A stretch of 64,000 nucleotides of DNA, from assembly GCA_046483065.1 (NCBI GenBank), contig JAWODW010000053.1:75408-139407 (forward strand), given 5' to 3'. A model generated the notes under the pieces. It did no database searches. It had not been told where the DNA came from and saw nothing but the letters and a program-made list of their open reading frames with translations. The stretch is from Longimicrobiales bacterium (GTDB lineage Bacteria; Gemmatimonadota; Gemmatimonadetes; Longimicrobiales; RSA9). Below are positions 10,348-19,518 of this stretch, piece after piece (positions within the stretch are counted from its first letter, which is position 1; every line of letters starts with the position of its first letter). The translations under genes were made by a program, and so were the position numbers.

Positions 10348-10624
10348 GCCGCGTCCAGCGGATTCACCGCGACGAACGCGACGGAGAGCGGATTCACCGC
10401 GACGACGCGACGGCCGCGATGCATGCGACGGAGCGTTGCGGCATCCGGTTCCGCGGCTTCGGTGCGCACGGACGCCTTGAACCAGACCCGGCCATTACGA
10501 GGCGGGCGGGAGCCATCGATGCACCGCGCCGGCGCGCTCATGGCGGCGATCGACGCGTTGCTCGCGTCCCCTCGGTCGCGCCGCCAACACCGAAGCTCGT
10601 CGCGTTCGCCGCGTCGTCGCGGTG
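10348..10624. repeat. Tandem non-coding repeat, unit 2
   Basis: Second copy of the unit, with a period of about 314-321 bp. It differs from unit 1 only by a 1-nt indel, an 8-nt indel and a ~20-nt substituted patch upstream of the identical 177-bp core. Confidence 0.9.
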
Positions 10625-10685
10625 ATCTCCAGCCGTCCGTCGCGTCCGTCGGCCCCGTCGCGGCCGCCCCCGTCGCAGCCGCGCC

Positions 10686-11999
10686 CTACCCCGCCACCTC
10701 CGTCTCCGTCCGCTTGATCTCCAGGAGCACCACCTGCTGGACATCCAGGTCGTCGCGGCGGAGCACGCCGATGCGGTCGGGGCCCGGGAACACGTCGGGG
10801 AAGGGGAAGTCCCGGAGCTCGCCGAGAAGCGTGCCGTCGCGGCGGTAGATGTCGATGCGGTCCACCGCGTCGGGCGTGTCCTCGCTGACGCCCACCCAGA
10901 TCCGGCCGGCGGGGTCGACCCGCAGCTCGACCACCCGGGGGATCAGGTCGGCGAAGGTCATCTTCTCGAGGCGCTGCTCGAGCATCCGTTTCCGGGTCTC
11001 CTCGTCGGGGCCGCCGCCACCGATGCGGACGCCCCCGCCCCCGCTCTGCTCCCGCACCCGCTCCCGGGCCAGCTCACGGTCGGCTTCGGTGGTGGGGCGG
11101 GGCGCCGGGCCCCGTTCGATGGTCCGGACGCGGCGGCCGTCGGCGTCCAGCAGGTGGAGCACGTACGCGGCCGAGTCGGAGACGACGATGCCGCCGTCCG
11201 GGAAGCCGGCCCACTGGAACTCGGGGTGAAACTCCCGACTCATCATGGTGACCATGACGCGTCCGGCGGCCTCGAGCTGGACCATGTCCATGGGCGGCTC
11301 GGGGGAGGCCCACAGGGTGTCCATCGGTACCAGTGACGGGTTCAGCCGCATCACCGGCAGCACGGGCGGGCAGGCGTCCTCGCCGTCCTCCTGGCCGGGG
11401 CGTGAGACCTGCATCCGGCCGCCGCCGCCGCGGCTGAAACCGAAGAGCGGCCGCATCAAGGTGATGAACCCGCCCTCGAGGGCCGCCAGGCGCTCGCCGG
11501 GGATCACGCCCTCACCCGGCAGCGGGATGGTGCGGGGATCGCCGCCGTCCGGGGGGTAGCCGGTGAGCCGGCTGTTCGAGAAGTCGCTGACCCAGACAGT
11601 GTCGCCGGGCCCGACGGCCATGGAGATGGGCTGGCTCAGCTCGCCAGGGCCCTCGCCCTTCCGGCCGAAGGTGGCCCTGTGGCTGCCATCGGGGGCGTAC
11701 TTCAGGACTCGGCCGCCCTGACGGTCCAGGACGTAGAGGTTCCCGTCGAGGTCGGAGGCCAGCCCGCCGCCCGAGACCTGGTCGAACTGGTAGGCCTCCT
11801 CGGCGAAGGCGTCGCCCAGCACGGCCACGGTGTCCAGCGACCAGCCCAGCGGGCCGGCCGGCTCGGCGGGGTACGAGATGCGCGCGATGCCGTCCACCGT
11901 GTCCACGGCGGCGGTGAGGCGCGGGGCGCCCTCATCGCCGCTGCAGCCGGTGATGGCAAGGAACGCGACGAGGATGGGGATGGCTGTCCGAGGTCTCAT
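10686..11999 (-). CDS. 6-bladed beta-propeller (NHL-like) lipoprotein
   Basis: Start trimmed to the ATG at 11999, giving the lipobox MRPRTAIPILVAFLAITGCS. Contains repeated propeller-like units such as GEGPGELSQPISMAVGPGDTVWVSD and DLDGNLYVLDRQGGRVLKY. Confidence 0.8.
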   Translation of the reverse strand: MRPRTAIPILVAFLAITGCSGDEGAPRLTAAVDTVDGIARISYPAEPAGPLGWSLDTVAVLGDAFAEEAYQFDQVSGGGLASDLDGNLYVLDRQGGRVLKYAPDGSHRATFGRKGEGPGELSQPISMAVGPGDTVWVSDFSNSRLTGYPPDGGDPRTIPLPGEGVIPGERLAALEGGFITLMRPLFGFSRGGGGRMQVSRPGQEDGEDACPPVLPVMRLNPSLVPMDTLWASPEPPMDMVQLEAAGRVMVTMMSREFHPEFQWAGFPDGGIVVSDSAAYVLHLLDADGRRVRTIERGPAPRPTTEADRELARERVREQSGGGGVRIGGGGPDEETRKRMLEQRLEKMTFADLIPRVVELRVDPAGRIWVGVSEDTPDAVDRIDIYRRDGTLLGELRDFPFPDVFPGPDRIGVLRRDDLDVQQVVLLEIKRTETEVAG

Positions 12000-12159
12000 G
12001 GGATCGGGGTGTTGGCGGGATATGTGGGGCAGGGGCTCGGTCACGGGACGCGCGAGAAGGTGCGAGGGTTGCCTGCACCGGGGGCAGCGGGGCGCTGCCG
12101 AAGTCGGTGGACCGCCGGTGGGGCTCCGGCGCCCGGCGCCCCCGGTGCGGTCGACCCCG

Positions 12160-12687
12160 TCAGAACGCGATACCGAAGTTCAGGCGTCCGGTGGGCAGGA
12201 ACGCCTCGATGCTCGACGTTCCCACGGTCTCCTCGCCGAAGTACCGCTTCGCGCCGAGGCCGACGCCCAGGAACCACCGTTTGGTATCGCCGAAGAGCCA
12301 GCTCCAGCCGAGGTCCACGCCCACCGAGAAGACCGAGCCGCTCTCGTCGGTCGAGACATCGGTCAGCGATGTGCGGCCCAGGATCCCGCTGAACGAGAAG
12401 CCTTCGAGAGGGGTGGCGCTCGGATAGAAGCGGAGCTTCAGGTCCGTGGCCAGGTACCTGACCTCATCGGCGCCGTCCCCGAGGGTGAAGTAGCCAAGTC
12501 CGAATACGCCGCTCAGCTCGTTGGAGAACACGTACTCCGCCTCGCCGTTGATGACCTCGGCCAGGGCAAGGATCGGGCTGATTGAGATCTGGGCCCGGGG
12601 GGCGATGTCCGCTTCCTGCGCCCGTAGCGCCACCGGCGCTGCGAGCAGTGCCCCGAGCACGACCGTCCAAACGGCTTTGCGTAGCAT
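12160..12687 (-). CDS. Small outer-membrane beta-barrel protein
   Basis: Signal peptide MLRKAVWTVVLGALLAAPVALRAQ. Shows the alternating hydrophobic beta-strand pattern and a C-terminal beta-signal ending in Phe (RLNFGIAF). Confidence 0.75.
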   Translation of the reverse strand: MLRKAVWTVVLGALLAAPVALRAQEADIAPRAQISISPILALAEVINGEAEYVFSNELSGVFGLGYFTLGDGADEVRYLATDLKLRFYPSATPLEGFSFSGILGRTSLTDVSTDESGSVFSVGVDLGWSWLFGDTKRWFLGVGLGAKRYFGEETVGTSSIEAFLPTGRLNFGIAF

Positions 12688-12766
12688 GTTCGATCCTTGA
12701 ATGCCTGGTGATCAACCTTCCGGGGATCAGGGTGCGACGGGTTGGAAGGTAGAATTCGCCGGTTGC

Positions 12767-12816
12767 AGCAACAAGATAAACGGGGTCGCCAGCCGAGTCC
12801 GGCTGACGACCCCGTT
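12767..12816 (-). terminator. Rho-independent terminator of lon
   Basis: On the minus strand, aacggggtcg..agccg-loop-cggct..cgaccccgtt (12779-12816) forms a 10+5 bp interrupted stem. It is followed directly by TTTATCTTGTT and starts 20 nt after the lon stop. Confidence 0.8.
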
Positions 12817-12835
12817 GCGCCGGTCCGGAGCGGAC

Positions 12836-15499
12836 TCAGTGCACGTCCGCCTGCGTGCCCGGTTCAGTCTCAGCCTCGGCCAGGAGCACCTGCTCCGGGA
12901 AGGTCAGCATCCCTTCCTCCAGGACGGCGCCCCGGAGCGCCTGTGCCAGTACCTCGTCCAGGTCTTCGGCCAGGTGGAACTCGATCTCCGACCGGGCCTC
13001 CTCGGGCAGGTCGTCGAGGTCCGCCTCGTTCTCCGTCGGCAGGATCACTTCCTTGATCCCTGCACGGTAGGCGCCCAGTACCTTCTCCTTCACGCCGCCG
13101 ATGGGCAGGACCCGACCGGTGAGGGTGATCTCGCCGGTCATGGCTACGTCGTTGCGGACGGGCCGCTTCGACAGGACCGAGACCACGGCCGTAGCCATGG
13201 CCACGCCCGCCGACGGGCCGTCCTTGGGCACCGCGCCGGCGGGTACGTGGATGTGGAGCTCCAGGTCGCTCAGCCGGTCCTCGGGGATCCCGAGCTGCTG
13301 GTTGTGGGTCTTTGCGTAGGTCAGCGCGGCGCGGGCCGACTCCTTCATCACGTCGCCCAGCTGCCCGGTGAGGATCAGGTTGTCCTTCCCCTCGAACACG
13401 CTGCCCTCGACGAACATGATGTCGCCGCCCATGGGCGTGTAGTACATGCCCGTGGCGACCCCGATGGTGTCTTCCTTGGCCTTCTGCTCCGGGTGGACCC
13501 GCGGCCGGCCGAGGAGGGGCTGCACGCCCTCCTCGTCGATGGAGATCCGCTCGTCCGAGCCGCCGGCGATCTTCCGGGCGGCCTTCCGTGCCAGCTTGCC
13601 CAGCTCCCGCTCGAGCTGGCGGACGCCTGCCTCCCGGGTGAACTTGCTGATGACCCGGTGGATGGCGTCATCATCGAAGTCGATCTGCTCCTCCTTCAGC
13701 CCGTTCTCCTCGAGCTGGCGGGGCAGCAGGTACCGCTTGGCGATCTCCAGCTTCTCCTGCTCGGTGTAGCCGCTGAACTCCACGGTCTCCATCCGGTCCA
13801 GGAGTGGCGCGGGGATCCGGTCACGGTAGTTGGCCGTGGCGATGAAGAGGACCTCGCTGAGGTCGAACGGCATCCCCAGGTAGTGGTCGGTGAACGAGTC
13901 GTTCTGCGCCGGGTCCAGGACCTCCAGGAGCGCGGCAGACGGGTCGCCCTGCATGGACGTGCCCAGCTTATCGACCTCGTCCAGGAGGAAGACCGGGTTC
14001 TTGGTGCCCGCCTGCTTCAGCCCCTGGATGATCCGGCCGGGCATGGCGCCCACGTACGTCCGCCGATGACCCCGGATGTCGGCCTCGTCCCGGGCGCCGC
14101 CCAGGGAGATCCGGACGTATTCCCGGTCCAGCGACCGGGCGATGGACTGGGCGATGGACGTCTTCCCCACGCCGGGAGGCCCGACGAAGAGGAGGATCGG
14201 GCCCTTGCCCACGGCCCGTGCCCGGACGGGGTCGCCGTGGTCCTCGCCGGGCTCCGGCTCGTCCTCGTCACCCTCGTCGTCCTCGGCCTCATCGCCGAGC
14301 TCGCCGCCGTCGATCTCCTCGGCGCCGTTGTCGCCCACCAGGTCGAGCCCCTCGGGGTCGAGTGTGGCGCCGGTCAGCACCTCGTCCGTGGGCGCCGGCT
14401 CGGGCTCCGGCTCGGCCTCCTCGACGGCCTCCGCCGCCTCGGCGGCCAGGGCCGCTTCCTCCTCGGCCCGCTCCATCTGGAGCTTCCGGACCGCCAGGAA
14501 CTCGAGGATCCGGTCCTTCACGTCCTCCAGCCCGTAATGGTCCTCTTCCAGGATCTCCTCGGACCGCTCCATGTTGATCAGGTCCGGCGTCCGCTTGTTC
14601 CACGGCAGCTCGATGACCCAGTCCAGGAACGTGCGGATGACCTGGTACTCGGCCGACTGGGGGTGTGTGCGACGGAGCCGGTTCAGCTCCCGATCCGCTT
14701 CCTCCTGCGCGGCCTCCGGAAGGTCCAACGCGTCGATCTTCTCCCGGAGCTCCTCGACCTCGTTCTCGGCGTCCTCCTCGCCCAGCTCCTTCTGGATGGC
14801 CTTCATCTGCTCGCGCAGCACCATCTCGCGCTGCTTCTGGCCCAGCTCCTCCTGCACCTTCTGCTGGATCTCCTGCTGCGCCTCGAGACGGACCAGGTCA
14901 CGCTCCACGTACAGGAGCACCTGGCGCATACGGCTCTCCACCGGGAGCATCTCCAGCAGTTCCTGCTTCTCTGCAGCGTCCTGCTCCAGGTAGAAGGCCA
15001 CCATGTCGGCGAACCGGCCGGGCTCCTCGATCCCCTCGACGAGCTGTTCCAGCGCCTCGTCGGGCATGCCCCGGAGCCGGCCCAGCTCCACGGAGCGGTC
15101 CCGGAGCTCGCGGTCCAGTGCCTTGTACGCCGGGTCGTCCTCGTTCCAGACCGGCTGCTCCTCGACCTGGTTCACCACGGCCTCCAGCGCCCGCTCGCCC
15201 GTCTCGGAGATCTCCAGCGCCCGGGCACGCTCCTCGCCCTGGATGAGGAGCTGGAGCCCGCCCCGCACCCGGTGGGCCTGGGCGATGCGGACCACCACGC
15301 CCATCTCGTACAGTACGTCCGGCGTGGCCTCGTCCACGTTCTCCCGCTGGCAGACGGCGAACATCTCCCGGTCTCCGTCCAGTGCCTTCTGGATCGCTTC
15401 CACAGTGCCGGGTCGCCCGGCGCTGATCGGTACCGCCACGCCCGGGAAGACGACGGTCTCCCGCAGCGGCAGCACCGGCAGCTTGATTCGATCACCCAT
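12836..15499 (-). CDS. lon: ATP-dependent Lon protease (LonA type)
   Basis: Start trimmed to the ATG at 15499 ([22 protein letters not shown]-terminal LON domain). Walker [10 protein letters not shown], Walker B LLDEVDK, protease Ser in [10 protein letters not shown] and Lys in GGVKEKVL. An unusual acidic insert precedes Walker A (see findings). Confidence 0.95.
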   Translation of the reverse strand: MGDRIKLPVLPLRETVVFPGVAVPISAGRPGTVEAIQKALDGDREMFAVCQRENVDEATPDVLYEMGVVVRIAQAHRVRGGLQLLIQGEERARALEISETGERALEAVVNQVEEQPVWNEDDPAYKALDRELRDRSVELGRLRGMPDEALEQLVEGIEEPGRFADMVAFYLEQDAAEKQELLEMLPVESRMRQVLLYVERDLVRLEAQQEIQQKVQEELGQKQREMVLREQMKAIQKELGEEDAENEVEELREKIDALDLPEAAQEEADRELNRLRRTHPQSAEYQVIRTFLDWVIELPWNKRTPDLINMERSEEILEEDHYGLEDVKDRILEFLAVRKLQMERAEEEAALAAEAAEAVEEAEPEPEPAPTDEVLTGATLDPEGLDLVGDNGAEEIDGGELGDEAEDDEGDEDEPEPGEDHGDPVRARAVGKGPILLFVGPPGVGKTSIAQSIARSLDREYVRISLGGARDEADIRGHRRTYVGAMPGRIIQGLKQAGTKNPVFLLDEVDKLGTSMQGDPSAALLEVLDPAQNDSFTDHYLGMPFDLSEVLFIATANYRDRIPAPLLDRMETVEFSGYTEQEKLEIAKRYLLPRQLEENGLKEEQIDFDDDAIHRVISKFTREAGVRQLERELGKLARKAARKIAGGSDERISIDEEGVQPLLGRPRVHPEQKAKEDTIGVATGMYYTPMGGDIMFVEGSVFEGKDNLILTGQLGDVMKESARAALTYAKTHNQQLGIPEDRLSDLELHIHVPAGAVPKDGPSAGVAMATAVVSVLSKRPVRNDVAMTGEITLTGRVLPIGGVKEKVLGAYRAGIKEVILPTENEADLDDLPEEARSEIEFHLAEDLDEVLAQALRGAVLEEGMLTFPEQVLLAEAETEPGTQADVH

Positions 15500-15805
15500 A
15501 TATTGTGGTCCTTTCCTTTTGGTAGTCTCGTGGCCGACTCGCGCGGCGTCCCGCCGGCGAGACCGGCGCTGTAAAATCAAATCAACGTGCCGGGACCTGC
15601 CGATGAGGCCCGGGCACGTGCGCTGTCCATATTACTGTGCAGTATGCTTGCCACACTGCCCACCGGATCCCGTTCGTGGCGGAATGACGGGGAAAGGTCG
15701 TGCTCACGGTCCGAATCGTCGGCGTCGGCCCCGGGGTTCCCGCCGCGCCGGAATGGCGCGAAGGAGGCTGGCGCTGTCGTTCTGACAGTGGCGCGGCCAT
15801 ATTTC

Positions 15806-16123
15806 ATGGGAGGGAGACCGAGTCCGGGAGGCAGGATCGTGTCGAGAGCGTTCGTGAACGAGGATGCAGCGGAGCCGCCGCGTCGCTTCGCGCTGCCGCC
15901 GGTGGACGACCCGGGGTACGACGCGGCTGCCGCGTTCGCGCTGCTCGAGGCCGCCCGTGACGGGGACACGAAGAGCGCCGAGGAAGCCACGGGCTATCGG
16001 TGGGGCGCGGAGCAGCTGCGGCCCCACGTGGAGCGGATGCTGGAGCAGGAGCGGGAGCGACCGTTGATGGAGCAGGACACGCGGCTCATCACGGTGGCCA
16101 AGCGGTACCTCCGGGCGTCGTGA
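15806..16123 (+). CDS. Small hypothetical protein (about 95-105 aa), first gene of a translationally coupled trio
   Basis: The C-terminal two thirds (FVNEDAAEPPRRFALPP...RLITVAKRYLRAS) have genome-typical codon bias. The stop overlaps the next start (TGATG at 16121-16125). The start is uncertain: ATG at 15806, or GTG at 15839 preceded by ggagg. Confidence 0.5.
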   Translation: MGGRPSPGGRIVSRAFVNEDAAEPPRRFALPPVDDPGYDAAAAFALLEAARDGDTKSAEEATGYRWGAEQLRPHVERMLEQERERPLMEQDTRLITVAKRYLRAS

Positions 16124-16875
16124 TGCAGAGTGCCGTGCTGGCCTGGCTGCTGGCCGCGTGCCTGGGCGCGTGCTACCCGGCGCCCGGGTCGCTGCCGTCC
16201 GGGGCCGTCCCCGAAGCGGCGGCGGACAGCGGGGCCACGGTGGTGCTCCTCCACGGCCTGGGCCGCAGCGAGTGGTCCATGGCGCGGCTCGCCCGGGCGC
16301 TGGACGCGGAGGGCTACCGGGTGGTGAATCTGGGCTACCCGTCGCGGGACCACACCATCGGCACGCTGGCGGATACCGTGAAGGCGGAGCTGGGCCGCTG
16401 CTGCGTCGGTGCGGACACGCTGCACTTCGTGACCCACTCGCTGGGCGGGATCCTGGTGCGGATCTGGGCCGAGGAGGCCGATCCGGTCAACCTTGGGCGG
16501 GTGGTGATGCTGAGTCCGCCCAACCAGGGGAGCGGGGTGGCCGACCGGATCCCGGGCCGCGTGCTGAAGCTCCTCATGGGGCCCGCCTCCGTGCAGCTCG
16601 GGACCGATACGGCCGATGTGCCGGTCCAGCTCCCGCCCGTGGACTTCGAGCTCGGGGTCATCACCGGCGACGTTTCCGTGAACCCCCTGTTCTCCTGGTG
16701 GCTGCCCGGCGACGACGACGGGATGGTGGCGGTGGAGTCGGCGTGGGTCGAGGGCGCCGACGACTTTCTGGTGGTGCCGTACACCCACACGTTCATCATG
16801 TATCGGGACCGGGTGATCGAGGAGGTCCTGTCGTTCCTGCGGACCGGTCGGTTCACGGAGAGTCACGGCGGATGA
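16123..16875 (+). CDS. Alpha/beta-fold hydrolase (lipase/esterase-like) lipoprotein
   Basis: Lipobox in MQSAVLAWLLAACLGAC. VVLLHGLGRS and the nucleophile elbow THSLGG. The start ATG overlaps the upstream stop. Confidence 0.8.
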   Translation: MQSAVLAWLLAACLGACYPAPGSLPSGAVPEAAADSGATVVLLHGLGRSEWSMARLARALDAEGYRVVNLGYPSRDHTIGTLADTVKAELGRCCVGADTLHFVTHSLGGILVRIWAEEADPVNLGRVVMLSPPNQGSGVADRIPGRVLKLLMGPASVQLGTDTADVPVQLPPVDFELGVITGDVSVNPLFSWWLPGDDDGMVAVESAWVEGADDFLVVPYTHTFIMYRDRVIEEVLSFLRTGRFTESHGG

Positions 16876-17336
16876 GCGGCGGTCGGGGGGGCGGGTCCGA
16901 CCCGAGGGTGGAGTGGGTGCGTCGCGGATTCTGGCTCCTGCTGGGGCTGAGCTGGGTCGTAGCCGTCTGGTACATGTGGGACGCCATGACCACCGTACCG
17001 TCGGCGGAGCGGCTCCAGGAGAGTCGGCTGGTGGAGATCCCCGGCCCCCGGCGGTTCTTCACGGCCGCGGCGTTCAGCGCCATGGAGCTGGGGGTGGTCC
17101 TGGCCGCGCTCTGGCCGTGGCGCCCGGCCTATTACGCCACCCGGCTGGCGGTGACGGCGCTGGCGGTCCTGACCTGGTTCATCACCACCACGCCGATGAA
17201 CCTGAGCCACATGGACTGGGTGCACCGCCGGTGGCTGGCGTTCCTGGTGGCAACTCAGCTGGCGGCGCTCGTGCTGCTCCTGGTCTACCGGGCGGTGGCC
17301 GCGGCCGTGGATCGACGCCGCGACGGGGCGGCATAG
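16872..17336 (+). CDS. Integral membrane protein of unknown function (about 4 TM helices)
   Basis: 154 aa with four hydrophobic segments (e.g. FWLLLGLSWVVAVWYMW, LAFLVATQLAALVLLLVY). Has an ATGA start/stop overlap with the hydrolase gene. Confidence 0.65.
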   Translation: MSGGRGGGSDPRVEWVRRGFWLLLGLSWVVAVWYMWDAMTTVPSAERLQESRLVEIPGPRRFFTAAAFSAMELGVVLAALWPWRPAYYATRLAVTALAVLTWFITTTPMNLSHMDWVHRRWLAFLVATQLAALVLLLVYRAVAAAVDRRRDGAA

Positions 17337-17435
17337 TCCCGGGCCTCCCGGGCCGGCGGGCGCCTCCCCCTTCGATTCGGCGCGTGGGTCCCGGTATCTT
17401 TCAAGTTGCCGCAGAACAGACATCGACTGAGCGAG

Positions 17436-18638
17436 ATGGAGGCTATGAGCACGAAAGGAACCATCGGGATCCTCACGGGCGGCGGCGATGTCCCCGGCCT
17501 GAACCCGGCGATCCGCGCCATCACCATCCGGGCGCTGCGCGAGGGCTACCGGGTCCTGGGCATCCGCCGGGGCTGGGCCGGACTGGTGGATCTCGTGCGC
17601 GAGGATGACGCCGACAACGCGTCGTGCGTGCAGGAGCTGACGGAGAACGTCGTGAACCGGGCCGGTCGGACCGGCGGCACGTTCCTGCACACGTCCCGCA
17701 CCCGGCCCAGCCACCTGCCCCGCCCGGTGGTGCCGGAACACGCCCGGGACGCGTACACCGACGAGGTGAACGACATCACGCCGGAGGTGCTGAGGAACCT
17801 GGAGTGGCTCGGCGTGGAGACGCTCATCGCCATCGGCGGCGATGACACGTTGAGCTACGCCCACCGCCTCCATGCCGAGGGCGTGAACGTTATGGCCATC
17901 CCCAAGACCATGGACAACGACGTGCCCGGCACCGACTACTGCATCGGGTTCAGCACGTGCGTGACCCGGACCATCGAGCTGACGCACCGGCTCCGGACCA
18001 CCGCCGGCTCCCACGAGCGGTTCCTGGTCATCGAGGTCTTCGGCCGCTACGCCGGCTACACGGCGCTCCTGCCCACCATGGCGGGCGCCGCCGACCGGTG
18101 CGTGATCCCCGAGCACCCCTTCGACATCGACCACCTGACCGAGCTGCTCCTCTACGACCGGGAGCGCCACCCGTCGAACTACTCGGTGGTGCTGGTCTCC
18201 GAGGGGGCGAAGATGGAGGGTGGGGAGATGCACTTCGAGGACCACGAGACCGACCAGTACGGGCACAGGAAGCTCGGCGGGATCGGCGACCGGGTCTCGG
18301 CGGAGTTGAAGGAGCGCTCGGCCCGGTACAACCGCGGCCAGCCGGTCAACGTGGTGAGCCAGCGGCTCGGCTACCTGGTCCGGAGCGGCGACCCCGACGC
18401 CCTGGACTCCATCGTGCCTATGGCCTTCGGGAACCTGGCGCTGGACCTGATCCTGTCCGGGAAGTCGGGCCGGCTGGTGAGCGTGCGGAACGGGGCGTAC
18501 GACAATGTGCCCATCGACGTCGTGGTGGGGCGGAAGAAGGCGGTGGACGTGGACCGGCACTACAATACCGACCGGCTGCGTCCCATCTACCATTCCTTCA
18601 ACCGGCAGCCCGTCTTCATCATGACCAGCGACGTCTGA
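17436..18638 (+). CDS. pfp: 6-phosphofructokinase, predicted pyrophosphate-dependent type
   Basis: GILTGGGDVPGLN, IGGDDT and IPKTMDNDV motifs of the PFK family. The start could be the ATG at 17436 or the ATG at 17445. Confidence 0.9.
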   Translation: MEAMSTKGTIGILTGGGDVPGLNPAIRAITIRALREGYRVLGIRRGWAGLVDLVREDDADNASCVQELTENVVNRAGRTGGTFLHTSRTRPSHLPRPVVPEHARDAYTDEVNDITPEVLRNLEWLGVETLIAIGGDDTLSYAHRLHAEGVNVMAIPKTMDNDVPGTDYCIGFSTCVTRTIELTHRLRTTAGSHERFLVIEVFGRYAGYTALLPTMAGAADRCVIPEHPFDIDHLTELLLYDRERHPSNYSVVLVSEGAKMEGGEMHFEDHETDQYGHRKLGGIGDRVSAELKERSARYNRGQPVNVVSQRLGYLVRSGDPDALDSIVPMAFGNLALDLILSGKSGRLVSVRNGAYDNVPIDVVVGRKKAVDVDRHYNTDRLRPIYHSFNRQPVFIMTSDV

Positions 18639-18696
18639 GTGCAACGGCCCGGATCCTGGACCGAGCGATCGAGGTGCTGATGGCGGACACGAACCC

Positions 18697-19518
18697 GTGA
18701 GCGTGGAGCGGGCATGGCCGGGAGGCCTCGTGTGGCGATGGGGCGCGGCACTGGCCGTGGCGCTGCCCCTGGCCGTCCTGACACCGCCGGCGGCGGCCCA
18801 GTCGCCAACGATGGCGCCTCTGCCCCCCCACGGAACGCTCCTGGAGGGTGGGCTCCGGTGGCACGGGGTGGACGACGCCCTGGCCTCCGCCGCCCGCTAC
18901 CAGGGGGACGCGGTCACCCTCGGGGCGGCCCACCGGTACCGGAGCGCCGGGTGGCGGATCGGGCTGGGCGGCAGCTGGACCGCGGGTCGGCTCTACCCGG
19001 CGGGGCTGGAGGACCCGACCAGCTACGAAGAGAGCCTGTCGGTGACCGTGGACAACTGGTTCGCCCGTCGGGTCTGGCGCTCCGGGGACGGGCGGTGGGC
19101 CGCCTTCGCGGGGCCGGCGGTGGCGGTGGACGTGGGGCTCCGCCGGCACGCTTACGGCGGCGACCCGTCGTACCGCTATGACAACGCCTTCATGGGCGTG
19201 GAGGCCACCGCGATCCTGGAGTGGTGGCCGACCGGGGGCGGTCGGCTGAGCGAGCGCGTGGCGGTGCCGCTGGCGGGACTGGCGGTGCGGACCGACTACA
19301 CGGGGCTCGCCGCCCCGGGCCCACGGGTGTCCGTGGACCTGCCGCCCACGTTCCTCCTCTTCCGGCACCGCCTGGAGTACCGGCTCCCGGTCCGCGGCCG
19401 CCTGGCGCTGAACGTCCATCACGAAGGCTCCGTGCTCCGGCACACCGAGCCGCTGGACCACGCCGTGGCGTGGCACCGGCTGGGCCTCGCCCTCGAGATT
19501 GCCTGGGGTGCGCCGTGA
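18697..19518 (+). CDS. Hypothetical secreted / outer-membrane protein
   Basis: GTG start. Signal-like N-terminus WRWGAALAVALPLAVLTPPAAAQ. Beta-rich and aromatic-rich sequence with genome-typical GC3. The stop overlaps the next gene's GTG (GTGA at 19515-19518). Confidence 0.65.
   Translation: MSVERAWPGGLVWRWGAALAVALPLAVLTPPAAAQSPTMAPLPPHGTLLEGGLRWHGVDDALASAARYQGDAVTLGAAHRYRSAGWRIGLGGSWTAGRLYPAGLEDPTSYEESLSVTVDNWFARRVWRSGDGRWAAFAGPAVAVDVGLRRHAYGGDPSYRYDNAFMGVEATAILEWWPTGGGRLSERVAVPLAGLAVRTDYTGLAAPGPRVSVDLPPTFLLFRHRLEYRLPVRGRLALNVHHEGSVLRHTEPLDHAVAWHRLGLALEIAWGAP

Noticed and set aside
10027-10624. Tandem repeat considered as a CRISPR array.
   Set aside because: There are only two units of about 280 bp with a 37-bp linker. 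There are no 25-40-bp repeats alternating with unique spacers, no leader-like region and no cas genes anywhere in the window.
10027-10624. Tandem repeat considered as a template/variable repeat pair of a diversity-generating retroelement.
   Set aside because: There is no reverse transcriptase or accessory gene nearby. Neither copy lies inside a CDS. The differences are a clustered substituted patch plus indels, not adenine-specific substitutions.
12701-15574. 957-aa ORF on the plus strand. Similar very long ORFs lie at 2456-5272 (+), 6467-8398 (-), 19419-23132 (-), 24944-28336 (-), 34111-36456 (-), 47379-49055 (+), 57431-59314 (+) and 59412-61196 (+).
   Set aside because: Each lies antisense or out of frame to a gene with unambiguous family motifs (lon, S9 peptidase, hutU/clpP, S8 peptidase, ctaD, nadA, serA and so on). 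Their translations are Arg/Pro/Gly/Ala/His-rich low-complexity strings. Stop-free antisense frames are expected when third codon positions are almost always G/C.
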